Under the pieces are notes generated by a model, which saw only the letters and a program-made list of their open reading frames with translations, was not told the DNA's origin and made no database searches. Positions 36,446-45,817 of a stretch of DNA of 64,000 nt are shown in pieces. This DNA comes from Candidatus Woesearchaeota archaeon (lineage in GTDB: Archaea; Nanobdellota; Nanobdellia; Woesearchaeales; GW2011-AR9). The DNA lies in the NCBI GenBank assembly GCA_016181265.1, contig JACOZP010000008.1:132583-196582 (forward strand), in the 5' to 3' direction. Made by a program: the position numbers and the translations under genes. How positions within the stretch are numbered: position 1 is the first letter of the stretch; every line of letters begins with the position of its first letter.

Positions 36446-38147
36446 ACCTCAAAACTTTTATCTGTCTCGTCTTAAGATTTACAATAGGGACGCGTGCTGG
36501 TTCGGGTTCATGTCCTAATTTTTCTTGAAATGAAGTCTTGCCTTGCCAGCAGCTGCCACTGATCATCGTGACGCCGCGATAATTTGCCTGTTTGGAGTAA
36601 TGAATATGTCCAGTGATCAGGAAATCAGGGATTTTTTTGATCAGGAGGGGGTCCTCGGCATGAGAAGGATAATAAGGAGTAGATTTGAATGAGGGGGCTA
36701 AGTGGCGGCGTTTCAGAAGAAACTTCATGATTAAATCAGAACGGTGATACCCGCCTTGTGAACGAATGGATTCAACGTTAGCAACGTAATAATCAAAACT
36801 ATAACCGTGATACATCATCACATCAAAACCAGGAAAATCGTCTCTTTTTCCGATGTTGACAAGAGCAGGATTGGTGACCAACGTGACGTTAGGAAGATTA
36901 AAAAGACCAGGAGCGAACTCTTGGTAAAACACAGGTTGCGGCTCGGCAAGATGGACCACATCATGATTACCGGGACAGATGATAACTTGTTTATCGGATG
37001 GTATCTGTTTTAATAATTCGGTAAATGCCGCGTATTGACCGGAGATGTCGTCAATCTCGAGCTCTTCTTGTTGAGAAGGATAAATGCCTACTCCATCGAC
37101 AAGATCACCGGCGATGAAGATATATTTGACATTATGAGCAATGTTGCGCTGTTCATCATTGCCCGTCTCCCCTTTTAACCAATAGAGAAACTTATTAAAT
37201 TCTTCTTTGAGAAAGAGTTTTGATCCTACGTGGATGTCAGAAAGAAAAATAACATATTCTTCTACAGGACCTTTTTTAAGTTCATGATCTTGAGGAATAT
37301 CAGGCCAGACAAAAGAATCGGCAAAGATTACTTTATCATAATAAACACCGGCGACACCTATTACTTCATCAACGACCAAGTCCTTGGCAGCAAGAAAGGT
37401 TTCGTTTTTGTTCTTGGAAACAATAATCTTAATTTCTCCTGTAGGGTCTTCTACAGTTATCACAAGATTGCCGGTTTTGGTTTCACCAACCTCTTTGATA
37501 ATGCCAATAAGAGCGATTTTTTCTTTTTCGTTTTTTTGAAGAATACGTTTAATGGTAAGGGTTCCTGTTAATTCTTTGCGATGACGAAGGATTCCTTCTA
37601 GAAAACGGTAACGAGTTAAGAAAAAGTTAGTGAAATCCTCCACCAGATATTTTCTGGGAATATTTTGATAGGAAATGATGATCGAAACAGCAGATAGAGA
37701 AGGAGAAAAAAGAAATTGGTCTTCTTTAGAAACATTTTGAAATAGAGAGGATTGATTTTCGGGAAGATATTGTCCGTCGTGAGACGTGAAAGAGAAGTCT
37801 TCTTCTGGAGATAAAGAAACTTCTGTCGAGATGATCTTTTGATTAGAGGGGGGAGTGCTTAATTGAGAAGAAGAAAATTCTTGAAGTTGAGATTGATAAA
37901 GTTCATCATCACGATCTTTTTCCGCGTCGACGCGGCTTTTATCAATTTCATACCAGTCAACGAGGGAGGATTTTCCTAAAATGTTGGTGTAATCATCATT
38001 GAGAACTAGAAGATCTTCTTCCAGTTCTAATTTGGTGATGATAGTATCATCTAAAGAAGCTTGATGTCTAGTAAGAAGTTCTTCATTGATGAGTATACCC
38101 TTTTCAAACATTTCTCCAATAAATTCCTGAGTTGTTTTTTTGACCAT
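36438..38147 (-). CDS. polB: DNA polymerase II (PolD) small subunit DP1 (calcineurin-like 3'-5' exonuclease)
   Basis: 569 aa. N-terminal OB/linker. Mre11-like phosphoesterase motifs (VIFLSDIHVG, IFIAGDLVD, GNHD, GHIH). Overlaps DP2 by 8 nt (operon). Confidence 0.9.
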   Translation of the reverse strand: MVKKTTQEFIGEMFEKGILINEELLTRHQASLDDTIITKLELEEDLLVLNDDYTNILGKSSLVDWYEIDKSRVDAEKDRDDELYQSQLQEFSSSQLSTPPSNQKIISTEVSLSPEEDFSFTSHDGQYLPENQSSLFQNVSKEDQFLFSPSLSAVSIIISYQNIPRKYLVEDFTNFFLTRYRFLEGILRHRKELTGTLTIKRILQKNEKEKIALIGIIKEVGETKTGNLVITVEDPTGEIKIIVSKNKNETFLAAKDLVVDEVIGVAGVYYDKVIFADSFVWPDIPQDHELKKGPVEEYVIFLSDIHVGSKLFLKEEFNKFLYWLKGETGNDEQRNIAHNVKYIFIAGDLVDGVGIYPSQQEELEIDDISGQYAAFTELLKQIPSDKQVIICPGNHDVVHLAEPQPVFYQEFAPGLFNLPNVTLVTNPALVNIGKRDDFPGFDVMMYHGYSFDYYVANVESIRSQGGYHRSDLIMKFLLKRRHLAPSFKSTPYYPSHAEDPLLIKKIPDFLITGHIHYSKQANYRGVTMISGSCWQGKTSFQEKLGHEPEPARVPIVNLKTRQIKVLRFG

Positions 38148-38190
38148 GGTGATTTTGTGAGTGGGTTAGACAAAATGGTTTAATGGATGG

Positions 38191-39393
38191 TTAAGAGAGG
38201 TGCAATGACTTCTCTAGGATTTCTTTGAGTTTGGTAACGACTGATTCTTCCAAAGAGATGGATATTTGACGAGTTCGCCCGTACCGCCCTTTTGAAATGA
38301 TATTGGCATTGATAATCCCTAACATATCCAATTCAGCCAGGATATCCGAGACCCGACGTTGGGTAAGAACATTATAATTACTCTTTTTACACAGAGTACT
38401 ATATAACTCATAGATCTCCCCTGTAAATATTTGTTTTTGTGGCGATGAGACGAGGAGGAGAGTGTATAACACCAGCTGAAATTGTTTGGGTTGATTTGTA
38501 GCTGCATTAATAATCTTATCCGATTCTACACGATGTTCAGCTTCATCAAGATGGGTGATAGAAATGGTCAGAGACCCACTCCGTTCTGCAATTTCCCCAG
38601 CAACTCTCAAAAGATCTATCGCCCGACGGGCATCTCCATGCTCACGAGCGGCAAATGCAGCACACTTTTCGATAAGTCCAGCTTCAACAGTACCCTCACA
38701 AAAAGCTTTTGCTGCTCTTTTGCGAAGGATATCTTGAATTTGGATAGCATTATAAGGTGGAAAAATAATTTCTTCTTCAGAAAGACTACTCTTGACACGA
38801 GGGTCAAGATTTTCTGCAAAGATGAGATTATTGGAGATGCCAATAAGACAAATTTGAGAATGATGTAGTTCAGAATTGATTCTTGTTAAGTTATAAAGCA
38901 TCTCGTCACCGATTTTTTTGGTTAGTTGATCAACTTCATCGAGGACTAAGAGAATTAACTGTTTTTTACGTTCGACAAGTTTGTAAAAGATGTTATATAC
39001 TTCATCAGTAGGAAGACCGGTGGGAGGGATTTCTTGGCCAAGGAATTTGATCAATTGAGCGATAAGTCGATATTCAGTATCAGCCACGCGTTTTAATTTA
39101 CAGTTTAAATAGATAGTTTGAATGGGGATGTTATTTTTCTCAGCAATTTGACGCATGGAAAGAAGTATATAACGCACAGAAAGAGTCTTACCAGTGCCTG
39201 TCTTTCCATACACAAAAAGATTAGATGTACGTTCTAAACGTAATGCAGGAGCTAAAATGTTAGCTATTTCTTGGATTTGTTCTTCTCGGTAAGGTATATC
39301 CTCTGGATAATGAGAAGATAATAGTACCGACTTATCAACAAATAAAGAGTCTTTTTTTAGGAAGTTTTCAAAATAATTACCTATTTTAAGCAT
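38191..39393 (-). CDS. cdc6: Orc1/Cdc6 replication initiator
   Basis: 400 aa. Walker A GKTGTGKT. Walker B LVLDEVD. C-terminal winged helix. Immediately adjacent to a long AT-rich non-coding region. Confidence 0.9.
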   Translation of the reverse strand: MLKIGNYFENFLKKDSLFVDKSVLLSSHYPEDIPYREEQIQEIANILAPALRLERTSNLFVYGKTGTGKTLSVRYILLSMRQIAEKNNIPIQTIYLNCKLKRVADTEYRLIAQLIKFLGQEIPPTGLPTDEVYNIFYKLVERKKQLILLVLDEVDQLTKKIGDEMLYNLTRINSELHHSQICLIGISNNLIFAENLDPRVKSSLSEEEIIFPPYNAIQIQDILRKRAAKAFCEGTVEAGLIEKCAAFAAREHGDARRAIDLLRVAGEIAERSGSLTISITHLDEAEHRVESDKIINAATNQPKQFQLVLYTLLLVSSPQKQIFTGEIYELYSTLCKKSNYNVLTQRRVSDILAELDMLGIINANIISKGRYGRTRQISISLEESVVTKLKEILEKSLHLS

Positions 39394-39609
39394 AGAGACC
39401 CCCTTATTTCCTGTGGAAAATGATGATTCTTGGATAGGATATGATCAAAAAAGATGTGGTTTAAGATGGATAGGTTGATCAGTTGGAAGCTTTCTTATAA
39501 AGACTTTTAATTTTGAACAGGTCTATCTTAGAATATATACCAAATAGATAAAGATATTCTTTTACGGCACTTAAAAATGGTTAAATGTAATTAAAGAAAA
39601 TATTGAATA

Positions 39610-39624
39610 TTCCACTACAGTGGA
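39610..39624. repeat. ORB-like dyad TTCCACTACAGTGGA
   Basis: Inverted repeat TCCAC/GTGGA inside the candidate origin. Confidence 0.4.
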
Positions 39625-40025
39625 TAGTAGAGATATTACCACTTTTGATTTTAGGAAATTAATGTGGTTTTTATTATTTAACATTTATGATTTGTTATTT
39701 GTTATATTATTATTTACTATATAGAAAATAATAATAATAATAATAAAAATAAAAAGTTATGATAAAGAATAAATAATGATAAGTAAAAATATGATACTTA
39801 TTTGATAGTAAGATTGGTGAAGATAAATTCATGAATTAGATAAAAAATGTTATTATGCTCTTTGGTTTCTGAATGCATCAAACCATTGTTCAATGAGTGT
39901 TATTCCCTTTTTTAGGATATTTTCCTAATGTTGATTGCATTTAACAGTTTAGCCTATCATTCTTCTTGAACATTCCTCTCAAAATTTTTTATTAAATAAA
40001 TGTATGAAAAACCAATAGAAGACCA

Positions 40026-40040
40026 TTTTTCCATTTCCAT
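40026..40040. repeat. TTTCCAT tandem (TTTTTCCATTTCCAT)
   Basis: Shares the TTTCCAT core with the ORB-like elements. Confidence 0.4.
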
Positions 40041-40200
40041 AAGAAATATCATTAACTAGTTAAATGGTACTAATTTGTTGATTGAATTTTAGTCCCATTC
40101 TGCGCAGAGAACTGATCGTTGTCAGTTTTCTTGCGCTTTCAGACGTTTCCTGTATCCATAATTAAAGAAGATTTTACCTAGTTCATTAAATTTTTTCTTG

Positions 40201-40225
40201 TTTTCCATTAGAAACGATGGGGTGG
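40201..40225. repeat. ORB-like element TTTTCCATTAGAAACGATGGGGTGG
   Basis: Matches the archaeal origin recognition box pattern including the 3' G-string. Confidence 0.55.
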
Positions 40226-40312
40226 CGGTGGTTGATCAGGGATTTCCAATTATTTTAGGTTGACTTATTGTTAAATGCAATTATTTTGGCTGGTGCTTTC
40301 ATTTAATTAGTC

Positions 40313-40335
40313 TTTTCCATTAATTTCTAAGAAAT
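40313..40335. repeat. Direct repeat of TTTTCCATTA (TTTTCCATTAATTTCTAAGAAAT)
   Basis: 10/10 identity with 40201-40210. Partial dyad TTTCCATTAATTTCTAAGAAA. Confidence 0.45.
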
Positions 40336-40367
40336 GTTTATATAGTTTATATTGTGTTTTTCTACTT

Positions 40368-41234
40368 ATGGTCTTAGAATTGTTATTCAATCCATTTTCC
40401 CTGAAGAAAAAACCCTGGCAGATGTTTATCGTGGGCTTTTTTAATTCTATTATTGCTCTTATTCTTTCTTATATAGTATTTAAAGATGCAGCGGGGTTAT
40501 TGTCTGTTTTTTTAGTAGTGATGTCTACTCTTCCTTTATTTTATGTGACGATCAAACGTGAAGAAGAGCTTGACTTTAAGTATCCAGAATCCCGTATTCT
40601 AAAAGAACATGGCAAAGTACTTTTTTTCTTTATGTTCCTGTTTTTTGGGATTTTGTCGGCAATGGTATTAGCCTATGTTTTTCTTCCACAAGCAATGGTT
40701 GATTCTGTCTTTAACTTACAACAATCAGCAATCATGAATGTAAATAATGCAATCCAAACTGGACCAAGCAGTGCAGTTGTGACGGGAAATATCACTTCAA
40801 TTAGTCTCTTTATGAGAATATTATTCAATAATTTTAAAGTTCTTTTCTTCTGTTTGGTCTTCTCTTTTTTATATGGTGCCGGTGCGATCTTTATCTTAAC
40901 TTGGAATGCTTCTGTTATTGCTTCTGCAATGGGAAATTTAATCAAGACAGAAGTCGCACATGCGATCAATTCTATAGGTTTGCCCTCGGTTGCTACTTAC
41001 TTCAGCGCGGCTGCTTTTAGTGTCTTTCGATATATGACTCATGGTATTTTTGAAATTGCTGCGTATTTTATTGCTGGCTTAGCAGGGGGAATTATTTCTA
41101 TAGCGTTTATCAAACAAAACTTAAAAGAATCAAGAATTTATATGGATGTATTAGATTTAGTCTTAATCAGTATTGGCTTACTTGTTGTTGGGGGGATTAT
41201 TGAAGTATATATTACCCCCGTTTTCTTTGGCTAA
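40368..41234 (+). CDS. SpoIIM/DUF95-like polytopic membrane protein
   Basis: 288 aa, about 6 TM. HGIFEIAAYFIAGLAGG motif typical of the stage-II-sporulation-M-like family. Confidence 0.45.
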   Translation: MVLELLFNPFSLKKKPWQMFIVGFFNSIIALILSYIVFKDAAGLLSVFLVVMSTLPLFYVTIKREEELDFKYPESRILKEHGKVLFFFMFLFFGILSAMVLAYVFLPQAMVDSVFNLQQSAIMNVNNAIQTGPSSAVVTGNITSISLFMRILFNNFKVLFFCLVFSFLYGAGAIFILTWNASVIASAMGNLIKTEVAHAINSIGLPSVATYFSAAAFSVFRYMTHGIFEIAAYFIAGLAGGIISIAFIKQNLKESRIYMDVLDLVLISIGLLVVGGIIEVYITPVFFG

Positions 41235-41249
41235 TTTTTATAATTTTTA

Positions 41250-42056
41250 TTATAATACTTTTACTCTTCCCGGTTGATTTTGAAAGATATCGCCGCTTTC
41301 TAACATTCGTTGAATAATCTGTTCTGTATTATTTAAAGGGGATTTCTCAATCACTTCTTCGATGAAAACTCCTTGGCCCCGATCTAACTCTTTAATTATC
41401 TTAACTAATTTCTCGTATGATAATTCTTCTTTTACTGCTGTAATTAGTCCCAAATCAGATGTTTCTGGTGGTTTTGGTTCTGTTTTAGTTTTTTGTGGTG
41501 ATTGTTCTTTTTCTCTCTCATCTTCTTTACTTTCTTCTCTTATTTTTTTATTCTTTTTCTCTTTTGGTTTCTCTTGTTCAACAGGATGACTTACTTCTTT
41601 TTGGGTATATTTCTCCCATCCTATCTTTTTCAATTCTTCCTTTCTTATCTTTAGCCAAAGGGAATCAATTTTTTTGATAATTTCTGGCGAGATATATTTC
41701 TCTTCATTATATAATCTTATTCTCCCTATCATTTGGATAACATCTCCTACTTCTCCAGTTCGGATAGCTTTACTTTCTTCAAATAGGCGGGCGACTATTT
41801 TATCCGTTCCATCATCTAAAAGAAGATTGGTGATCATTCCAATTTTCTCTTTATTGATGATCACTGCAATTACATTTACCCTATATATCCTCTCTTCTTC
41901 TCCTATTTTTAGGTAATTTGGTTCTTGTTCTTTTTCTATGATATATTCTCCTTGATGGATAAGTCGGAGAGGGATTTTACATGCAACCTGTCTTTTATTC
42001 TTGTTTTCTAGTTTTGATGTTTCTTGTAGTGCCATGGTCCTGTGTTTTAACTTCAT
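41250..42056 (-). CDS. RPA32-like single-stranded DNA-binding protein (OB fold + K/E-rich linker + C-terminal winged helix)
   Basis: 268 aa. OB-fold-like YRVNVIAVIINKEKIGMITNLLLDDGTDKIVARLF...GDVIQMIGRIRLY. C-terminal LITAVKEELSYEKLVKIIKELDRGQGVFIEEVI...MLESGDIFQNQPGRVKVL resembles the RPA32 wH domain. Located next to mcm. Confidence 0.5.
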   Translation of the reverse strand: MKLKHRTMALQETSKLENKNKRQVACKIPLRLIHQGEYIIEKEQEPNYLKIGEEERIYRVNVIAVIINKEKIGMITNLLLDDGTDKIVARLFEESKAIRTGEVGDVIQMIGRIRLYNEEKYISPEIIKKIDSLWLKIRKEELKKIGWEKYTQKEVSHPVEQEKPKEKKNKKIREESKEDEREKEQSPQKTKTEPKPPETSDLGLITAVKEELSYEKLVKIIKELDRGQGVFIEEVIEKSPLNNTEQIIQRMLESGDIFQNQPGRVKVL

Positions 42057-42067
42057 TTAGTGGTGAT

Positions 42068-44089
42068 TTACAATCTCTGTACAAATCCTTTCCGCGGCTC
42101 AAAAATATCTCCTGAACGGCGGAGCTTATCAATAGTATCATTGATTGTTTCTGGGCTGATGCTTTTCTCTTTGGCGGCTTCAATGACCATCTCTAAAGGA
42201 ATCATCTTTGAATTTGTCTGTTCTTCTAGAGCGTGGATTATCTCTTTAACTATACTAATTGTGCCTCGCTGTGATGCAGTGATACTACTGCTGATACGAT
42301 CAATGTCGATCTTACCAGTTTTCTCATCTTTCGCTATTTGATTAAGACAGTAATCTACTAGTTCTATCGCTTTCTGCGCATCTGATTTTTCAACAGTTTT
42401 AGAAAGGCGTACTTTGGCCATCGCTTCTGATAGGCGTACGAGTGCTTCTAATTGACGGGCAGTGATGGGGATGCTCTTTATCCCTCCTTCATCTCCCACG
42501 CCAGAATTACGCATACTTATATAATATGATTTTATTTCTTCTATCGCTTCATCAGACATTTTCGGATTCATCTTTGCTCTAATATGGGCAAAAAATTTTT
42601 TTAGTAAATCAGTTGATATTTCCGAAATAGCTTTTTCCGGATCTTTGTGCAATCCAAGAATAAATTCTGCCGTTTTCTCGTCTTTTTCACGGCTAGGCAG
42701 ATCTTTGACAGGGAAGATGAGGTCAAAGCGGTTAATTAATGTTGGAGGGAGGTCAATTTGTGAAGCGATAAGATCGTAAGGATCGAAACGGCCAAATTTG
42801 GGGTTAGCAGCAGCGAGAACAGTCGTTTCACATCGTAACGTAGCTTGGATATTTGCTTTAGCAATGCTGATCGTCTGCTGTTCTAATGCTTCGTGGAGAG
42901 CGGAGGTATCTTCTTTACCCATCTTATCCATTTCATCAATAATAGCAAACCCTTGGTTAGCAAGGACGAGTGTCCCTGCTTCTAAGCTCCAGCCTCCTAA
43001 GAATTCATCTTTAACGACACTTGCCGTTAGGCCTGCTCCTGTTGCTCCTTTTCCGCTCGTAAACCGCGCTTTTGGTGCAATTTTAGAAAGACGTTTAAGA
43101 AGTTGTGATTTCCCTGATCCCGGATCACCAATGAGAAGCATATGCATATCTCCTCTTGTTACAACACCATCTGGTCGGACTTTGCGACAACCACCGGCAA
43201 GCTGGAGGATGAGCGCTTCTTTGATCTTATCGTGGCCATAGATTGAAGGAGCAAGACTTTTAGTCAATCTCTGAAGAACATTGGGATCTCTTCCGATCTC
43301 TTTGATTTCTTCTAATTCTTGTTCAGTAATGTTTAGTTCGTGTTGATCTTTTTCTGCTGGCTGAACAAAATTTGCTTCCACAATCAATTCAAATTTTGTA
43401 GATTGCCCTCCACTGCGAAGAGTGACTGGCACTTCAGTTACCCATCCACTGATAAGGACACGGGAGCCAGGACTAGTTCGTCTTTCGGACATGGGCGAAA
43501 CTAAATCGTCTTTAAGGAAAACGTTGATCCTCTTAGGTTGGGCGCCGTCTAATTCTTCTGCTGCTTCTTCTAAGACCAATCCTTGACCATCTACTAGTTC
43601 TTTAGACACTTCTTTGAATTTTCCTTTTCGACCACAGCCGCAACGGCTGGGCTCTTTGTATTTGTTGTCTAGTTGGAGAACGGTGAGGATATTACCACAG
43701 GAAGGACATTCAAATTTTGATGCAGCAACGTGAGGACGGACATCTGATTTCTGACGAACAATTCCTTCTACCCAAATAAATTTCTTGAGGTGACGGCTTC
43801 TAATCTCGTTGATCTGGATCTTTTGAGAATCGGGAAGGTTCTTGAAACGCAAGGAAAATTTTGTTATCTTTTTGGGCAAGTCAAATTCTTTGATGGCAAG
43901 TTCTCCTGCTTTGAGAATGTTTTCTGGATCTTCGAGCATCTCTTCTGATAATTCAGTATTAAATCTAACTAATTCAGCAAAATCAAGGACTAAAAAAATG
44001 TGGCCTTTACGAACTGCTTCTAAGAGCTGTGGATAATAATTTTGTTCAATGAACTCCCGAAAAGTCTTAATTTGTTCGTCTACATCCAT
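42068..44089 (-). CDS. mcm: MCM replicative helicase
   Basis: 673 aa. N-terminal zinc finger CPSCGN...CGCGRKGKF. Walker A GDPGSGKSQLL. Walker B IDEMDKM. Arginine finger region SALHEALEQQTISIAKA. C-terminal wH. No intein. Confidence 0.93.
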   Translation of the reverse strand: MDVDEQIKTFREFIEQNYYPQLLEAVRKGHIFLVLDFAELVRFNTELSEEMLEDPENILKAGELAIKEFDLPKKITKFSLRFKNLPDSQKIQINEIRSRHLKKFIWVEGIVRQKSDVRPHVAASKFECPSCGNILTVLQLDNKYKEPSRCGCGRKGKFKEVSKELVDGQGLVLEEAAEELDGAQPKRINVFLKDDLVSPMSERRTSPGSRVLISGWVTEVPVTLRSGGQSTKFELIVEANFVQPAEKDQHELNITEQELEEIKEIGRDPNVLQRLTKSLAPSIYGHDKIKEALILQLAGGCRKVRPDGVVTRGDMHMLLIGDPGSGKSQLLKRLSKIAPKARFTSGKGATGAGLTASVVKDEFLGGWSLEAGTLVLANQGFAIIDEMDKMGKEDTSALHEALEQQTISIAKANIQATLRCETTVLAAANPKFGRFDPYDLIASQIDLPPTLINRFDLIFPVKDLPSREKDEKTAEFILGLHKDPEKAISEISTDLLKKFFAHIRAKMNPKMSDEAIEEIKSYYISMRNSGVGDEGGIKSIPITARQLEALVRLSEAMAKVRLSKTVEKSDAQKAIELVDYCLNQIAKDEKTGKIDIDRISSSITASQRGTISIVKEIIHALEEQTNSKMIPLEMVIEAAKEKSISPETINDTIDKLRRSGDIFEPRKGFVQRL

Positions 44090-44255
44090 GCTTCTTTTTA
44101 GGCTTCTTTATCATATTTAAAGATTTGTTGGGTGAAAGAGATGAAACAAATATAATTCTGATTGGACAGTTTTCTATACTTTTCCTAGCAAAAGACCAAT
44201 GACTGTTTAACAAGGAGCATACAAAGACAAAAATACAAAAACAAAAAGTATATTC

Positions 44256-44816
44256 CTACTTAGCCAGAACTTTCTTTAGGTTCTCAATAAGCTTGTCGGT
44301 AGCATCATTTACTTGTTCTTCTGTCTTTGTTCCGGTACAGACAATCTTTCCATTACTAAACAAGAGAAATGTTGCATTTGTACCCTTCAGTTTATGGACT
44401 AGCCCTGGAAATTGTTCGGGCTCATATTCTGTGTTTGGTAATTTAATTCCTAAGACATTTAAATTAAGGTCCATACCAATACTTCCGGAAGCAACAATAT
44501 TCTGAACTGTAATAACCGGCTTGATTGTTACATTAATATTCAATTTTTTTAAGCTCTTGATGATACTTTGGATACTTTGATCAACCTCTTCCATTGTCCG
44601 TGCACCAGTACATACTACTTTTCCACTAGAGAAGATTAATGCTGAAGTCTTCGGCTCTTTGATGCGTAATACCAATCCAGGAAATTGTTCTGGATTATAT
44701 TCTGTGTTTGGGAGCGTGGCTGCCATCTTTTCCAAAGGAATATCTTTCTCTAGACCGGTAGATACCACAATGTTTACAATTCGTATTTTTTTCTTGGCTG
44801 AGCCAGTTGCTGTCAT
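44256..44816 (-). CDS. tbp: TATA-box binding protein
   Basis: 186 aa with two direct repeats: IVNIVVSTGLEKDIPLEKMA...PEQFPGLVLRI and VQNIVASGSIGMDLNLNVLG...PEQFPGLVHKL. Confidence 0.9.
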   Translation of the reverse strand: MTATGSAKKKIRIVNIVVSTGLEKDIPLEKMAATLPNTEYNPEQFPGLVLRIKEPKTSALIFSSGKVVCTGARTMEEVDQSIQSIIKSLKKLNINVTIKPVITVQNIVASGSIGMDLNLNVLGIKLPNTEYEPEQFPGLVHKLKGTNATFLLFSNGKIVCTGTKTEEQVNDATDKLIENLKKVLAK

Positions 44817-44985
44817 CGTTTAAACCCCCTATTTATACTTCTAAATGGCTTAATGTTAAGCTAAGTATTTAAATATTCCCTTTATAAACTGATTGCTCTC
44901 TTGTTTATATATATGCTCCATATATTAGGCAGTATTCTTCTATTTTTAGAGAATATTTAAAAATTAACTCTCTCTTGATTAAAAT

Positions 44986-45813
44986 ATGTATACTCACCTC
45001 CTTGTTCGTGGTGGGGAATTGTTCCTCAAAGGAAAAAATTATGTTCTCTTTGAACAGCGTCTAAAGCGGAATATTTCCACCCTCACAAAAATAGAACTCA
45101 AAAAGATCACTTCTCTTCGTGGACGATTTATCCTTCCTTTTTCTGAGAATCATCATTTGTTAAAAAGAGTATTTGGTCTAGTCTCTTATTCCCCTACAAT
45201 AAGGGTGGAAGCCAAGATGAAAACAATACTCTCTTGTGCTGTTACTCTCCTTAACGAAAAGAAGGGGACATTTAAAGTGGATGCTAAGCGTTCAGATAAG
45301 CGCTTTCCTATTCAGTCTCCTGAAGTAAGTAGACAACTAGGGCAGTTTATAGAGAATAATACTGCTTTATCTTTCCAAAGAGAGAATCCCGATTTCATCC
45401 TTCATGTCGAGATCAATAATGATGGAGCTTATCTTTTTTTAGAGACTATTCCTTGTTTTGGAGGGTTACCAACAGGATCGGAAGGGCCTGTTTTCTTATT
45501 GGTCGAAGATGAAACAAGCATTTTAGCGGGTCTACTGATGATGAAACGGGGCATAAGTATTATTCCCATCGGTTTTAGAGAAGAGGATATTTCTCTTCTA
45601 CAACGTTTTAGCCCTTCCACACTGATTTTACGAGTAATAGATGATTTTTCTGATTTAGAACGGCTTTCTCGGAAGGGGACCAATATCCTTGTCACGGGCG
45701 AAACGTTTGAAACATTAAATTCTATGACGACAAGTCTCCTAATTTTAAGGCCGTTGGTCGCGTTTGATTCAGAGACTATTAAAGAAAAAATTCTTCAATA
45801 TCAGCATGCTTGA
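44986..45813 (+). CDS. ThiI-like THUMP-domain protein with degenerate PP-loop (SGGIDS replaced by VEDETS), C-terminally short
   Basis: 275 aa. N-terminal ferredoxin-like + THUMP (LLVRGGELFLKGKNYVLFEQRLKRNI; TFKVDAKRSDKRFPIQSPEVSRQLG). The region homologous to the ThiI PP-loop is GPVFLLVEDETSILAGLLMMKRGISIIPIGF; compare ThiI LFSGGIDSPVAAYLMMKRG. Confidence 0.55.
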   Translation: MYTHLLVRGGELFLKGKNYVLFEQRLKRNISTLTKIELKKITSLRGRFILPFSENHHLLKRVFGLVSYSPTIRVEAKMKTILSCAVTLLNEKKGTFKVDAKRSDKRFPIQSPEVSRQLGQFIENNTALSFQRENPDFILHVEINNDGAYLFLETIPCFGGLPTGSEGPVFLLVEDETSILAGLLMMKRGISIIPIGFREEDISLLQRFSPSTLILRVIDDFSDLERLSRKGTNILVTGETFETLNSMTTSLLILRPLVAFDSETIKEKILQYQHA

Positions 45814-45817
45814 CACT

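Larger units (their letters stand above)
39394..40367. other. Candidate chromosomal replication origin (oriC): about 970 bp non-coding, AT-rich, with ORB-like repeats and an (AAT)n unwinding element
   Basis: No ORF of 60 aa or more in an otherwise gene-dense window. Lies upstream of orc1/cdc6. Repeats containing TTTCCAT. One element TTTTCCATTAGAAACGATGGGGTGG resembles the archaeal ORB (TCCA-N3-GAAAC-N3-GGGGT). The (AAT)6-like run at about 39727-39755 could act as a DNA-unwinding element. Confidence 0.6.

Noticed and set aside
32892-38868. Numerous 60-145 aa ORFs on the + strand across 32.9-38.9 kb
   Set aside because: They are antisense to the PolD DP2/DP1 and orc1/cdc6 genes, which have strong family signatures. 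Their amino-acid composition is typical of out-of-frame translation.
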